Source: Polyangiaceae bacterium
Lineage (GTDB): Bacteria; Myxococcota_A; Polyangia; Polyangiales; Polyangiaceae
DNA length: 64,000 nucleotides
Direction: 5' to 3'
Assembly: GCA_965222375.1 (NCBI GenBank)
Contig: CBDCTZ010000016.1
Span: 544,001-608,000 of the forward strand
The translations under genes were made by a program, and so were the position numbers. Below are positions 48,688 to 58,657 of this stretch, in pieces. Under the pieces are notes generated by a model. That model made no database searches. It was not told the origin of the DNA and saw only the letters and a program-made list of their open reading frames with translations. Within the stretch, counting starts at the first letter, position 1. Every line of letters starts with the position of its first letter.

Positions 48688-49142
48688 TCAGACCTTGGCC
48701 TTGGCGCGCAAGCGGTAGAAATGCCGCCGGTCGATTCCAGCCGCCGCCGCTGCCCGTGTCATGTTGCCGCTGTGCTGCTCGATGATGTTCTGAATGTAGC
48801 GTGCCTCGAAAGCATCGATGATTCGCTGTCGCGCTTCTACTAGTGGCAGCTCTTCTGCAAGCACGCGGGGCCACGAGATCGCTGCGAATTGCGAGTGCCG
48901 GTTGACCCGGACTCGCGGAGGGGTCCACATCGTCATCCGCCAGTTCACCCAGAGCTAGGCGTCGCGCCACTGCGTTCTTTAGCTCACGGACGTTGCCTGG
49001 CCAGGCGTACGTTCGCCACCGACGCAGCAGTCGCTCATCGAAGACCGAGGGTTCGCCACCGAGCTGGCGACAGAAGAAACGAACCAAGAGTGGCAGATCT
49101 TCCAGCCGCTCGCGCAGGGGTGGCAGCTCGACAACCGCGGCC
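48688..49142 (-). pseudogene. Sigma54-dependent activator, C-terminal fragment (AAA+ lid and Fis HTH)
   Basis: VELPPLRERLEDL, WPGNVRELKN; after a frameshift FEARYI..GNMTRAAAAAGIDRRHFYRL; 5' part missing. Confidence 0.85.
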
Positions 49143-49946
49143 TACGCCCGCGGCGACTACGCCGCGGCGGCACGAGCTTTCGAGGCAGCGCATCAGCGCG
49201 CGCCACGAGGCGCCACGATGTACAACGCGGGGCTCAGCTGGCAAGAGGCGGGCGATGCCCCTCGGGCCGCGGACGCGTTTGCACTGGCGATCTCTACCGG
49301 TGGGCTCAGCGCAGAGCAGCAGAGCGATGCCGAGCAGCGGCTCGCCACCACGTCCGCAACGTTGGGCGTCCTGTCCGTGAAGGCTCCGGAGGGATCTCGG
49401 GTGTCCGTCGGCCACGCGCGCGACATTGCAGCACCCGCCCGAATACACCTGGCGCCCGGAGCCTACGTCGTGCACATCGAACGCAAAGATGGTTCGCCGG
49501 TCGAGCGGCAGGTCCAGCTGAGGGCGACCCGGCAGACGCACGTTTCCGTGTTGGCGGCCCCGAAGCAGCACCTGGATTCCGGCAAGCCCCATTCACCGCC
49601 CCCAGCGCCTTCGTCGTCCGTCGCTGCTGACGATGGCACTCGCGCTGTGATTGGCTACTCCCTGGTTGGGGCTAGCGTGGCGCTCTCGGCCGCGGCGATT
49701 GTGCTTGGCCTCGACGCCTTGGAGTCGCGGGATCAGTTCGAAGACTCGGGCAGGATCGACCGTGACGCCCACGCGCGCGCGGGGCGGTTGCGGGTTTGGA
49801 CGAACTTGGCCTGGGCCGGAGCTGCCCTAACTGGGGGAGCCGGTGTGTACTTGCTGGTCACTCAGCCCGCGCCCGCGGCTGGTGGGCGTGGCACTGGGCG
49901 CTGGAGTCAGCCGGGGGGTGGTGTGTCCGTCCGAGGGCGCTTCTGA
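49138..49946 (+). pseudogene. TPR-PEGA protein lacking its N-terminus
   Basis: AAYARGDYAAAARAFEAAH..MYNAG; PEGA-like strands; hydrophobic hairpin; ends VSVRGRF; no signal peptide. Confidence 0.75.
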
Positions 49947-50023
49947 AGCGAAGCTTGCGCCACGTCGCAGCCTCTTTTCCACCTTGGCTGTAGCCAATCG
50001 GAGCGCTGCGGCATATCAGTTCC

Positions 50024-50632
50024 GTGAGCGTTGTTCGCATTTCCGCCGGTGTCATCTTCGCTGTCTTTGCCGTCACCCTAGTGACCCAAGGCTGGAGCGA
50101 GGCCGGCCTGCGCGTGCTCGTGCGGGTGACAGCTCGCCTGGCCCTCGTGGCGTTTGTCCTCGCGTTCGCTGCGTCTTCGGTCAGCGCGTTGGCGGCGCCC
50201 CGTGCGCGATGGTGGCGGCGCAACCGTCGCGCGCTCGGCCACACTTTTGCGTTGGCCATGGTAGCGCATATGGCGGCATTCATGAGCCTGGGCTTCCTGC
50301 ACGCCGACTCATTTTGGCAGAAGCTCGCCACATCGTCTCTGATCGGCGGCGCGGTGGGCTACGTGCTGATCGGCACGATGACCCTCACGTCGTTTCCACG
50401 CCCGGCCAAATGGCTCGGTCGACGCGCTTGGAACGTGCTGCACAAGAGCGGCATGTACGTATTCTGGTCGATCTTCGCGGCTAGCTACGTGGGTATATTG
50501 GGTCGCCGCCCGATCGCATTCGCCGCGTTGGGCTTGCTGTCGATGGCGCTGCTGCTTCGAGCAGCCGCGCGGGTCAAAGCGGCGTCCCGCGGCACCGTGC
50601 CGCTCACTTCGCGAAGCGATCCCCTAGCGTGA
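50024..50632 (+). CDS. Ferric reductase-like (MsrQ-like) transmembrane protein
   Basis: RNRRALG, H in TM, LTLTS, WNVLH. Confidence 0.75.
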   Translation: MSVVRISAGVIFAVFAVTLVTQGWSEAGLRVLVRVTARLALVAFVLAFAASSVSALAAPRARWWRRNRRALGHTFALAMVAHMAAFMSLGFLHADSFWQKLATSSLIGGAVGYVLIGTMTLTSFPRPAKWLGRRAWNVLHKSGMYVFWSIFAASYVGILGRRPIAFAALGLLSMALLLRAAARVKAASRGTVPLTSRSDPLA

Positions 50633-51616
50633 ACCGTAGTTGTGCGCGGAGCGTTCTTCGTTGCGGTCCGTAGCCGGGGGTGGCGCGGGCGACAGCGCGG
50701 AGATTTCCTCGTACAGCTCCGGTGTGATTTCGATATCCAACGCTGCCAGGCAGGGCCGGAGCTGCTCCAGATTGCGCGATCCAATCAAGGGCGCGGTCAC
50801 CGCTGGATGTGCAGCGACCCAAGCGATGGCCAGAGAGGCCGGGTGGTGGCCCAGGCGGCGGGCCAGAGCTGAGAAGCGCTCGGCGACCTCGTAGTTGTCC
50901 TTGTCGCCATAGCGCGTTTGGTACATCGCGTTCTCCACCAGGCGACCACTACTGGGTCGTACAAATGCGCCGTACTTGCCGCTGAAGAGTCCTCCGCCCA
51001 AGGGGCTATAGGGAATCACCGCGAGGTTCTCGGCCTGCGCCAAGGGTAAGATCTCCACTTCGACCTGCCGCTTGGCCAGGTTGTACATGGGCTGCATGGC
51101 GACGATGGGCGCAAAGCCGCGGCGCTCCGCGATGCCCAGCGCTTTGGCCGCCTGCCACGCCGAGAAGTTGCTCACCGCCGGATACAGAATCTTGCCGTCC
51201 CGAACCAGAAGGTCGAGGGCGAACAGCGTTTCTTCGAGAGGCATGGCATCGTCGAAGCGGTGCAAGAAGAACACGTCGATGCGCTGCGTGTTCAAGCGTT
51301 TCAAACTGGCTTCTACGGCCCGCACCAAGTGGTAGCGCGAGCTGCCACGGGCGTTTACGTCTTTGCTCGTCGGGAAGTACGCCTTGCTTGCGATGACGAC
51401 CTCATCCCGACAGCCCGCGATCAGGCCGCCCAAGATCTCCTCGGAGCGACCCTTGTTGTACACGTCCGCCGTGTCGAAGAAGTTGATGCCTGCGTCTCGG
51501 CACGCCGCAAAAAGGGCCTTCGACGTTGCAGCATCCGCATCCCCACCGAAGGACATGGTGCCAAAGCCCAACCGCGACACCCGCACGCCTGTGCTAGCCA
51601 AAAAGCGGAAGTCCAT
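50624..51616 (-). CDS. Aldo/keto reductase
   Basis: GFGTMSFG, FDTADVY, SLKRL..ID..LH, GKI, YSPLGGG. Confidence 0.95.
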   Translation of the reverse strand: MDFRFLASTGVRVSRLGFGTMSFGGDADAATSKALFAACRDAGINFFDTADVYNKGRSEEILGGLIAGCRDEVVIASKAYFPTSKDVNARGSSRYHLVRAVEASLKRLNTQRIDVFFLHRFDDAMPLEETLFALDLLVRDGKILYPAVSNFSAWQAAKALGIAERRGFAPIVAMQPMYNLAKRQVEVEILPLAQAENLAVIPYSPLGGGLFSGKYGAFVRPSSGRLVENAMYQTRYGDKDNYEVAERFSALARRLGHHPASLAIAWVAAHPAVTAPLIGSRNLEQLRPCLAALDIEITPELYEEISALSPAPPPATDRNEERSAHNYGSR

Positions 51617-51649
51617 GGCCACGGGTTTTCGCTGCAGGTCCGGCCAGCG

Positions 51650-52780
51650 TCAAGGCTGCGAAGGCGTCGGCATGCAAACCTCCCCGGACGCGGAGTTGTC
51701 CGGCCGGGATGCAGTCACGCAGCTGTAACCAGGTCGACACCCGCCCCCCGGATACAAACCCTCGTCACACCGGCTATGGCACTGGCCGGTACTCGCGGAG
51801 CCGGGCTCTCCAACGCAGAAAGTCGGAGAGTTCAAACCGGACCGGTCGGGGCAGTACTTGTCGCAAGGCAGCGTGCACGCGCCATCGGGATAGCTCTGCA
51901 GGCAGGTCGCTCCTGCACCGATGCTCGCGCACTCGCTATCTTCCGTGCATGGGCCACCGATGAACTGGTTGTTGGGGATTGGGTCTGGGAACTTTTCTCG
52001 CTCACAAGTCAGGGCTGAATCCTGTGCTGCGCAGCGCGACAAGTACTCTTCGAGGATCAGACCTGCCGAGAACATTTCTAGCGCTGCGGCCCGCCCGATG
52101 TAGCGATAGTGCCAAGGCTCGTACGCGTAGCCCGTCGCGGCTTCGTGCCCTTCGGGATAACTCAGAGCGAAGCCAAAGCGGTGAGCGTTAGCGGCAAGCC
52201 ATTGGCCCTCGGCCTTGCCCCCCATGCTTTGCGATAGCTTCCAACCCAGGGCCTCCGCCGTGATGTCGGCAGTCGTACCCAGCTGGTGCTGGCTGCGGCC
52301 TGGCTCGGCACTGAACTGCTTGGCGTGCTCGAGTCCGTGCTGCTGCACCTTGTAGTCAAAGGTGATGCACTGGGTGCGAAAGGAGCGATAGGCCGACCGA
52401 ACGCCGAGCTTCAAGCCGGAGCTCGCAGCGTCCGCGAACATCTCGCGCAAGGCCTCTACGACGGGCCCGCGGAGCTCTCCAGTTCGGCCGGGCATCATCA
52501 GGCTGGGTTCGATGCCCAACACGTCCTTTGGGGCCCAGCTCGAAGCGAGCTGCTGGCCCGCTGCCTTGTTCACCAGGACCAGCAAGTCGTCGCCACTCAG
52601 AGTGCCACCCGGGTACCTGGCACACACGATGTCGTCGGCTTTGCCTTCGTACTGTCCGATGACGCCGGGGGGCTCGTCGATGTCAAATCCGCTCGCGCCC
52701 GGTGCGCCGCCCTCGTCCGATGAGGAGCTGCATGCAAGACACGCTGCGGCGAAGCAGACGATAGAGAAGCAGCGAGACAT
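51650..52780 (-). CDS. M15B D-Ala-D-Ala carboxypeptidase (VanY/LdcB-like) lipoprotein with Cys-rich tail
   Basis: SAYRS, SQHQLGTTADI, YEPWHYRYIG; CLAC lipobox. Confidence 0.9.
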   Translation of the reverse strand: MSRCFSIVCFAAACLACSSSSDEGGAPGASGFDIDEPPGVIGQYEGKADDIVCARYPGGTLSGDDLLVLVNKAAGQQLASSWAPKDVLGIEPSLMMPGRTGELRGPVVEALREMFADAASSGLKLGVRSAYRSFRTQCITFDYKVQQHGLEHAKQFSAEPGRSQHQLGTTADITAEALGWKLSQSMGGKAEGQWLAANAHRFGFALSYPEGHEAATGYAYEPWHYRYIGRAAALEMFSAGLILEEYLSRCAAQDSALTCEREKFPDPIPNNQFIGGPCTEDSECASIGAGATCLQSYPDGACTLPCDKYCPDRSGLNSPTFCVGEPGSASTGQCHSRCDEGLYPGGGCRPGYSCVTASRPDNSASGEVCMPTPSQP

Positions 52781-52838
52781 GTCGCGCTCAGAAGACTAAC
52801 ACCGGGGGCCGGGGCTGCCCACCTCGCAAGTGCAGCGC

Positions 52839-53348
52839 TCATTGCAGCTCAGCGCAGATCTTCACGGTCCCGACGCCCGACGCAGTGCAGGTCAGGCCAC
52901 AGGGGCAATCGCTCGCGTCCGTGCACACCAGCGCGCAGATATTCTGCGCCGCGCCTGGGTTGATGGGATAGCAACCCGGGGTTGCACCTGGAAACTGGTT
53001 CGCATCGCCGCACTGGGCTGCCGTTTGGCACTCCACGGTGCAGAACTGATACACCGTCGCACCCTGGAGGCAGAAGCAACCTGGGTTCTCTGTGCACTTC
53101 CCGTACTTGCCGTCAGCGAGACAGGCGGTGCCGGAGTCGCCCGCCGCGTCGTTGCTAGTTGTTCCATCGGTTGAGCCATCCGTCGCCGGCGCATCCAAAG
53201 CTGCATCCGCGAGCGCTGAGTCGGTGACGCCCGCGTCGTTGGTCGGGGCGCCTCCGGCGTCATCGCCGCTCGAGCAGGCAAAAGTACCGGAAAAGGCCAA
53301 GATGGTTACGGCGAGCGCAGTTCGGACAATGGCTGGGTTACCTCTCAC
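52839..53348 (-). CDS. Cys-rich lipoprotein
   Basis: GTG overlaps the upstream TGA; TFAC lipobox; DAG linker; Cys-rich domain. Confidence 0.78.
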   Translation of the reverse strand: MRGNPAIVRTALAVTILAFSGTFACSSGDDAGGAPTNDAGVTDSALADAALDAPATDGSTDGTTSNDAAGDSGTACLADGKYGKCTENPGCFCLQGATVYQFCTVECQTAAQCGDANQFPGATPGCYPINPGAAQNICALVCTDASDCPCGLTCTASGVGTVKICAELQ

Positions 53349-53848
53349 GAGGCCGCGACCGCGATGACCCCGACAACGAAGATCAGCAGCAAGATCACGA
53401 TGCCCAGCAGCATCGCGATGATGAAGCCGGCAATCTGAATGATCGCCGCGGCCGAGAGCTTGCCCACGGCCTCCATCAGATGCCCAATGTCGTTGCCTTG
53501 CGTATCTCGGATCTTCTTGAAGGAGACGCCGCTGAGGCAAAACATGATGCCAATGATGATCAAAGCGAGGGAAATCGGCGCGTTGTAGAGCCATTGTCCG
53601 ACGCCGAAGACCCAGCTCGTGGTGCCCTGGCCCAGCCCCCAGAGGATCTGTAAAATCCCCGAGAAGACCAGTAGGTTGCCCAGTCGGGCGAGCTTGCCGT
53701 CCTGTTCACTCGTAAACTCGTAGCCCGCGCTACCCCCGCCCGCGGCGGGCGCTCCGTAGGCCGCCGCAGCACCGGGTGCTCCACCCGGTGCTCCCCCTCC
53801 CGGTGCACCGCCCCAGCCCGAAGGTCCGCCGCCGTAACCACCCTGCAT
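53345..53848 (-). CDS. Membrane protein with Gly/Pro-rich N-terminus
   Basis: GGAGGAGG RBS; YEFTSEQ; TQGNDIGHLMEA; three TMs. Confidence 0.82.
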   Translation of the reverse strand: MQGGYGGGPSGWGGAPGGGAPGGAPGAAAAYGAPAAGGGSAGYEFTSEQDGKLARLGNLLVFSGILQILWGLGQGTTSWVFGVGQWLYNAPISLALIIIGIMFCLSGVSFKKIRDTQGNDIGHLMEAVGKLSAAAIIQIAGFIIAMLLGIVILLLIFVVGVIAVAAS

Positions 53849-53936
53849 CCCAATCCTCCTCCCGTGACTGGGCCCAGACTCACACAAACTGGCCTTACGA
53901 GCTACCTAAGATGCCCCTTCGGTGGCGCCACGTGGC

Positions 53937-54509
53937 TCAAGCAGCCAGGGGTGACGGTGTGGCTTGAGTGAGCCGCTCCCGAGCACGGAGCAGACGCATT
54001 TTTGCTGTCGCAACGCCAATTCCAAGTCGGATCGAGACCTCGGTGATGGACAGACCCTCCGCATAGCGCAGCCAGAGCAGCGTGCGGTCCCGCATGCGTA
54101 GCACGCTGGTTGTGTGATCCCACATGTTCTTCGCCACGAATCTGTCTTCGAAGTGGTGCCTGGCGGATCCGACGATTCCGGATTCCGCATGGTAGCTGGC
54201 GCGGGTACGTCGCTCTCGTTCGAAGTTCAGCGCTACGCGCGCCGTGATGACCTTGAGCCATCCACGGAAGTGCTGGGGCCTCTGGCCCGAACGTAGCGCG
54301 ACTAGCGCCCGCACCAGCGCCTCTTGCGTGACGTCCTCGGCGTCGTCGCCGTTGCGCAATATGCTCATGGCAACCCGCCGCGCTGCCGGGCGGTGACGTG
54401 TCAGCAGCTCAGTGATTGCCTTTCCGACGCCAGGCCCATCGAGGCAGTCGTATAGTTCGGGTTCGGTTATTTCGCGGAGCGGGCGACCGACCGCGATTGA
54501 GATCGCCAT
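53937..54509 (-). CDS. ECF sigma-70 factor
   Basis: DAEDVTQEAL, FRGWL, LRYAEGLSITEVS..LGI..TAKMRLLRAR. Confidence 0.88.
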   Translation of the reverse strand: MAISIAVGRPLREITEPELYDCLDGPGVGKAITELLTRHRPAARRVAMSILRNGDDAEDVTQEALVRALVALRSGQRPQHFRGWLKVITARVALNFERERRTRASYHAESGIVGSARHHFEDRFVAKNMWDHTTSVLRMRDRTLLWLRYAEGLSITEVSIRLGIGVATAKMRLLRARERLTQATPSPLAA

Positions 54510-54684
54510 GCTGGGCCCTTGAGCAAACCTCGTGCCGCCCTCCACCTGCAAAAAAACCGCCCGAAGCAGGAGAACGCTGGCTGGCAAGCGTCGGATGGGC
54601 ACGACGATCTGCGGCCTCCACCCTACGCCACTGGCTCGGGTTCTGGTCCGAGGGCTTCCGACTGCCGCATGCTAGGCTGCTGCC

Positions 54685-55242
54685 ATGGCGGGGCGATGGT
54701 TTGGGCTTGCGGCGAGTTTCTTGATCAGTTGTGGAGGCGCTGCACAGCCGCCCGAAGAGCCAAACGATGCTTTGTCTAGCGAGACGGAAGCCGCGGTCGA
54801 GACGCCACCAGATGAAGCAGGCGAACCGCCGGAGGGGTCCCCGGTCGAAGAACCCAGCGGTGACGCCCACGCTGAGTCCAGCGATCCAGGTGCGACGACT
54901 TTGAGCGACGACGAGCTTCAGATCGTCATGCAGCAGGTTCTCAACGACCCAGATTTGGATCGCTATTTCCACTTGGACAAGCCTGGGCGCACCCCGTTGA
55001 AAATCCACGGAGCCGAGCTGCCTCCGAAGCTGAAACTAACCAAGGGCGGTCAAGCGGTGAAGATCGTGGACAAGCCCGGTTCAAAAAAGGCGGCAGTTCT
55101 CGTGTTTACGCGCATCGCTCGGGACGGAGATTCCGTACGACTGCGCTACGAGTACGACATCGAAGGCATTCGAGGCTCCGCGGTGGTGTACCTCAAGGGT
55201 GGCAAATGGCGACTGGGCGCCAACCGCGTGATTGAGAAGTAG
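54685..55242 (+). CDS. Lipoprotein of unknown function
   Basis: LISC lipobox; acidic Pro-rich linker. Confidence 0.8.
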   Translation: MAGRWFGLAASFLISCGGAAQPPEEPNDALSSETEAAVETPPDEAGEPPEGSPVEEPSGDAHAESSDPGATTLSDDELQIVMQQVLNDPDLDRYFHLDKPGRTPLKIHGAELPPKLKLTKGGQAVKIVDKPGSKKAAVLVFTRIARDGDSVRLRYEYDIEGIRGSAVVYLKGGKWRLGANRVIEK

Positions 55243-55260
55243 TTTTGCGAGGCTGCCAGC

Positions 55261-55809
55261 TCACTTGCAAACGCAGGTAAGGGTGCCAGCAGAGAGCGTG
55301 CCGTCACAGCCTGATGCGGCGTGCTTGCAGCTGCTCGGAGACGCACACTCCAGCGTGGAAGACTCGGCACAAAACGCCGGCGCGGGCTTGCAGGCGGCAC
55401 CGTCCGGGGCAGTGCAGCACGGAGTCACGCAGACTTGACACGAATTGCACGACTTGGACCCACAGACCACGCTGCCCGCGTCGGGATCCGGAGTGCACGC
55501 CGCGTCCGCGGTGCCGCCGTCGCTCGGTGTACCAGCGCTGCCGCTGGTGCCACCGCTGCCGCCCCCAGTTCCACTCGTTCCCCCGCCGCCGTCGGAAGCG
55601 CAGGTCAATACGTTGATAGTGCCCGAAGGGCAGGGGCAACAGCCCGAGGACTGCGGTGTAGCACCGCACTGTTTGACACACTCGTTGGCGGCGAAACATT
55701 GCACCGTGGTGCAGTCGCTGCCGCCAGAGCCGCCCGTGCCGTTGGAGTCACCCGAGCTACACCCACCCGCGACGGCGGCGAACAAAAACGTGAAACAGGC
55801 AATTCGCAA
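55261..55809 (-). CDS. Cys-rich lipoprotein
   Basis: AGGC lipobox; two Cys modules separated by a Gly linker. Confidence 0.8.
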   Translation of the reverse strand: MRIACFTFLFAAVAGGCSSGDSNGTGGSGGSDCTTVQCFAANECVKQCGATPQSSGCCPCPSGTINVLTCASDGGGGTSGTGGGSGGTSGSAGTPSDGGTADAACTPDPDAGSVVCGSKSCNSCQVCVTPCCTAPDGAACKPAPAFCAESSTLECASPSSCKHAASGCDGTLSAGTLTCVCK

Positions 55810-55887
55810 TATTCTCTGACTATCCCACGCAAGACTCAGCGGGACAATTCACCTTCCAACATCACCCCAGCGTGCTAAGGCACGCAG

Positions 55888-56259
55888 GTGCTGCGCCAGG
55901 ACTACATCGGGAGGCTGATACAGCAGTTGGCGGAAGCGCTGGCGCGGATTGCGAATCTCTCCCGCAAAACTGACACGCAGCAAATCGAGGCAGAGCTTGC
56001 ATCCGTGGAAGCCGCGCTGGGCTTCTTCCCTGGCATGGATCGCCTCGATGCTCGCTCCACGGCGCTTCTCCTCGGCGGAGGCGATAAGGTGATACTGGCC
56101 GTGCAATTGCTGGAACAGCGCGCTCTATTGGCGTCCGACAACTCCGAGCCCGAGCGGGCGCGAGTGCTGCGGCGGCGTGCTGTCGCACTGCTCGACCACG
56201 CCAAGCCCGACGAGCTCACAGAAGATGCCGCACAGCTGCGTGTGCGCCTGACCGCGTGA
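55888..56259 (+). CDS. Conserved helical hypothetical protein (DUF6483-like)
   Basis: RQDYIGRLIQQLAEALARI N-terminal motif. Confidence 0.65.
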   Translation: MLRQDYIGRLIQQLAEALARIANLSRKTDTQQIEAELASVEAALGFFPGMDRLDARSTALLLGGGDKVILAVQLLEQRALLASDNSEPERARVLRRRAVALLDHAKPDELTEDAAQLRVRLTA

Positions 56260-56360
56260 CGAGATCGGGCCCGACGCAACCCTAGAAAAACCCTCCGGAA
56301 ACTCCCGCGTTGACCAACGTCCTATCCGCCGCGCCAAGGGACACGTATGGGAGCAGAACC

Positions 56361-57392
56361 ATGCCCAATGCTTTCATCTCTGGAACTGGTTTTTACGTAC
56401 CGCCGGATGTCGTGACCAACGAGGATTTGCGAGAGCGCTACGGTATCGACACCAGCCACGAGTGGATCGTCAAACGAACCGGCATTGAGGCACGTCGCTT
56501 CGCCAAAGAAGGAATTGGATCGAGCGACTTGGCCCTGTCGGCGGCAAAAGACGCCATCAAGAACGCCAAGATCGAACCTCAGGACCTCGGCATGATCTTG
56601 TTCGCCACTCTCTCGCCGGACCATGCTTTTCCCGGCTCTGGGGTGTACCTGCAAGAGAAGCTGGGGCTTTGTGAGGGCGATCAGCCCAAGTTCGTACCGG
56701 CGCTTGATATTCGGAATCAGTGCTCGGGCTTTCTATACGGCCTGGCCACTGCCACCAGCATGGTGGAATCCGGCCGCGTGAAGCATGTGCTCCTAGTCGG
56801 CGCCGAAACCCATTCGGCCGCACTTGACCTTTCGACGGCTGGTAGGACCATATCCACACTCTTCGGCGATGGCGCAGGTGCTGCGGTGATCAGTGCGACG
56901 GACGAGGACCGAGGTGTGCGTGGATGGTACCTCGGTGCAGATGGTCGTCACGCGGATGTGCTCTCGCAGAAAGTCTGGGACATCAAGAAGCGGCCCTTCA
57001 TTCCCACCAATGCAGAAGGGGTGGGCCAAGTTCAACCCAGTCATATGTGGGCGCACATGGACGGCAAGTTGGTGTTTCGTAACGCCGTCGAGCGCATGAT
57101 CGGCGCGTTGATGCAAGCGTGCATGGATCAGAACCTGACGCGGGATGACATCGACTTGTTCTTCTTTCACCAAGCCAACATGCGCATCAACCAATACGTG
57201 GCGCAGCAGATTGGGCTGCCCGAAGACAAGGTCGTGCACAACATTCAGCGCTACGGAAACACCACCGCAGCAACGATTCCCATCCTGCTGGCCGAGGCCG
57301 AGCAAGATGGGCGATTGAAGCGCGGGATGAAAGTCGCCATGATCGCGTTCGGTTCAGGCTTCACCTGGGGTGCGGCGGTCGCGGACTGGTGA
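56361..57392 (+). CDS. fabH: 3-oxoacyl-ACP synthase III
   Basis: RTGIEARR, NQCSGF (Cys), LFGDGAGA, HQANMRI (His), YGNTTAA (Asn), FGSGFTWG. Confidence 0.93.
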   Translation: MPNAFISGTGFYVPPDVVTNEDLRERYGIDTSHEWIVKRTGIEARRFAKEGIGSSDLALSAAKDAIKNAKIEPQDLGMILFATLSPDHAFPGSGVYLQEKLGLCEGDQPKFVPALDIRNQCSGFLYGLATATSMVESGRVKHVLLVGAETHSAALDLSTAGRTISTLFGDGAGAAVISATDEDRGVRGWYLGADGRHADVLSQKVWDIKKRPFIPTNAEGVGQVQPSHMWAHMDGKLVFRNAVERMIGALMQACMDQNLTRDDIDLFFFHQANMRINQYVAQQIGLPEDKVVHNIQRYGNTTAATIPILLAEAEQDGRLKRGMKVAMIAFGSGFTWGAAVADW

Positions 57393-57510
57393 GAGCTTCT
57401 TCGGACACTTTCGTCGCGGAAAAGAGCCGGTCTCAAGTCAGCGCCTGCCAGTTGGCCTTGGGCCACATTGTCTCGCGCCAATCCGCCAGCCCTTGAAAAG
57501 CTTCGACTCG

Positions 57511-58350
57511 GTGGCAACTTCAGCTTGTCACTCAGGAGTTGCCTCCGGCGGCGGCGGCAGCGCGGGTGCAGCCGCAAGCGGCGGCTTGGATGGTGGCAAC
57601 GATACCGGTACCGGTGGCGGAACGGGTGGTGTTTGGCGCCCGACCCCGGGCACGAGCTGGCAATGGCAATTGATGGGGACGATTGACCAAGGCGTCGATG
57701 TGGCCATGTACGACATCGACTTGTTCGACAATTCCGCTACCACGATCCAGGCCTTGAAGAGCAAGGGTCGCACGGTCATTTGCTACTTCTCCGCGGGTAG
57801 CCGCGAGGATTGGCGACCCGAGGCGGGCCAGTTCGACAAGAAGGACTACGGGAACGGCCTTTCGGGTTGGCCCGGGGAGACCTGGCTTGATGTGCGCTCC
57901 CGGGGTGTGCGCTCAATCATGAAGGCGCGAATGGACATGGCGGTGCAGAAGGGCTGCGACGGCGTGGAACCGGACAACGTCGACGGCCACTCGAACAACA
58001 CGGGCTTTCCCCTAATGAAGAGTGATCAGATCGACTACAATACGTTCCTTGCTCAAGAAGCTCACGCTCGTGGATTGAGTGTTGGCCTCAAGAATTCCGT
58101 GAAGCTGGTTGGAGATCTCGTCTCCCACTTCGACTGGGCACTCAACGAAGAGTGTTTGTCCTTCAACGAATGCGCCACCCTCGCGCCCTTTGTGAACGCG
58201 AACAAGGCGGTGTTCCACGTCGAGTACGTCGACGATCAGTCTCCGGGTGCTGCCAAGCAGGCCAGCGTGTGCAAGGCGAGCAGCACTAAAGGTTTTTCGA
58301 CGCTGGTCAAGACCTGGGACTTGGACGCCTGACGCCTAAGTTGCCAATAG
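57511..58350 (+). pseudogene. GH114 endo-alpha-1,4-polygalactosaminidase, eroded signal and premature stop
   Basis: WQWQL, YDIDLFD, ICYFSAGS, GCDGVEPDNVD, GLKN, NEEC, KAVFHVEY; TGA at 58330 precedes RLSCQ. Confidence 0.8.
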
Positions 58351-58378
58351 CACGTCGTGTCGGTGTATGGCTACGAAC

Positions 58379-58612
58379 TCACTCGTCGATCTTGTCCAGG
58401 TCTAGGAGATTGGTCGGCGACGCGTCATCGACGGATGAGCGCAGGAGGTTGAGCCACTGAAAAGCGTCGTCGTCCCCCTGGGTCGCGGCGTGCAGCACGT
58501 AGCCCATGCCTGTTGCTAGCTCGCGGCGGGCCTGCTGCTCTTGCCCTTCTTTAAGCATGGCGGCTGCCGTTTCTAGATGACGAGCCAGGTCCGTGTGCCA
58601 CGATGCGCCCAT
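58379..58612 (-). CDS. Small hypothetical protein
   Basis: 77-aa ORF with coding-like composition between genes. Confidence 0.55.
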   Translation of the reverse strand: MGASWHTDLARHLETAAAMLKEGQEQQARRELATGMGYVLHAATQGDDDAFQWLNLLRSSVDDASPTNLLDLDKIDE

Positions 58613-58657
58613 GCGTTGATGATAACCGCGAGGGCCTAGCTGGGCGCAAGAGACCAG

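Noticed and set aside
48993..49137. N-terminus of the 317-aa ORF
   Set aside because: It is the antisense reading of the sigma54 activator fragment.
51650..52780. Vancomycin resistance cluster
   Set aside because: Lone M15B peptidase; no vanHAX or vanRS genes.
58330..58332. TGA-to-Trp recoding
   Set aside because: TGA terminates many intact genes in the window; a point mutation is the simpler explanation.
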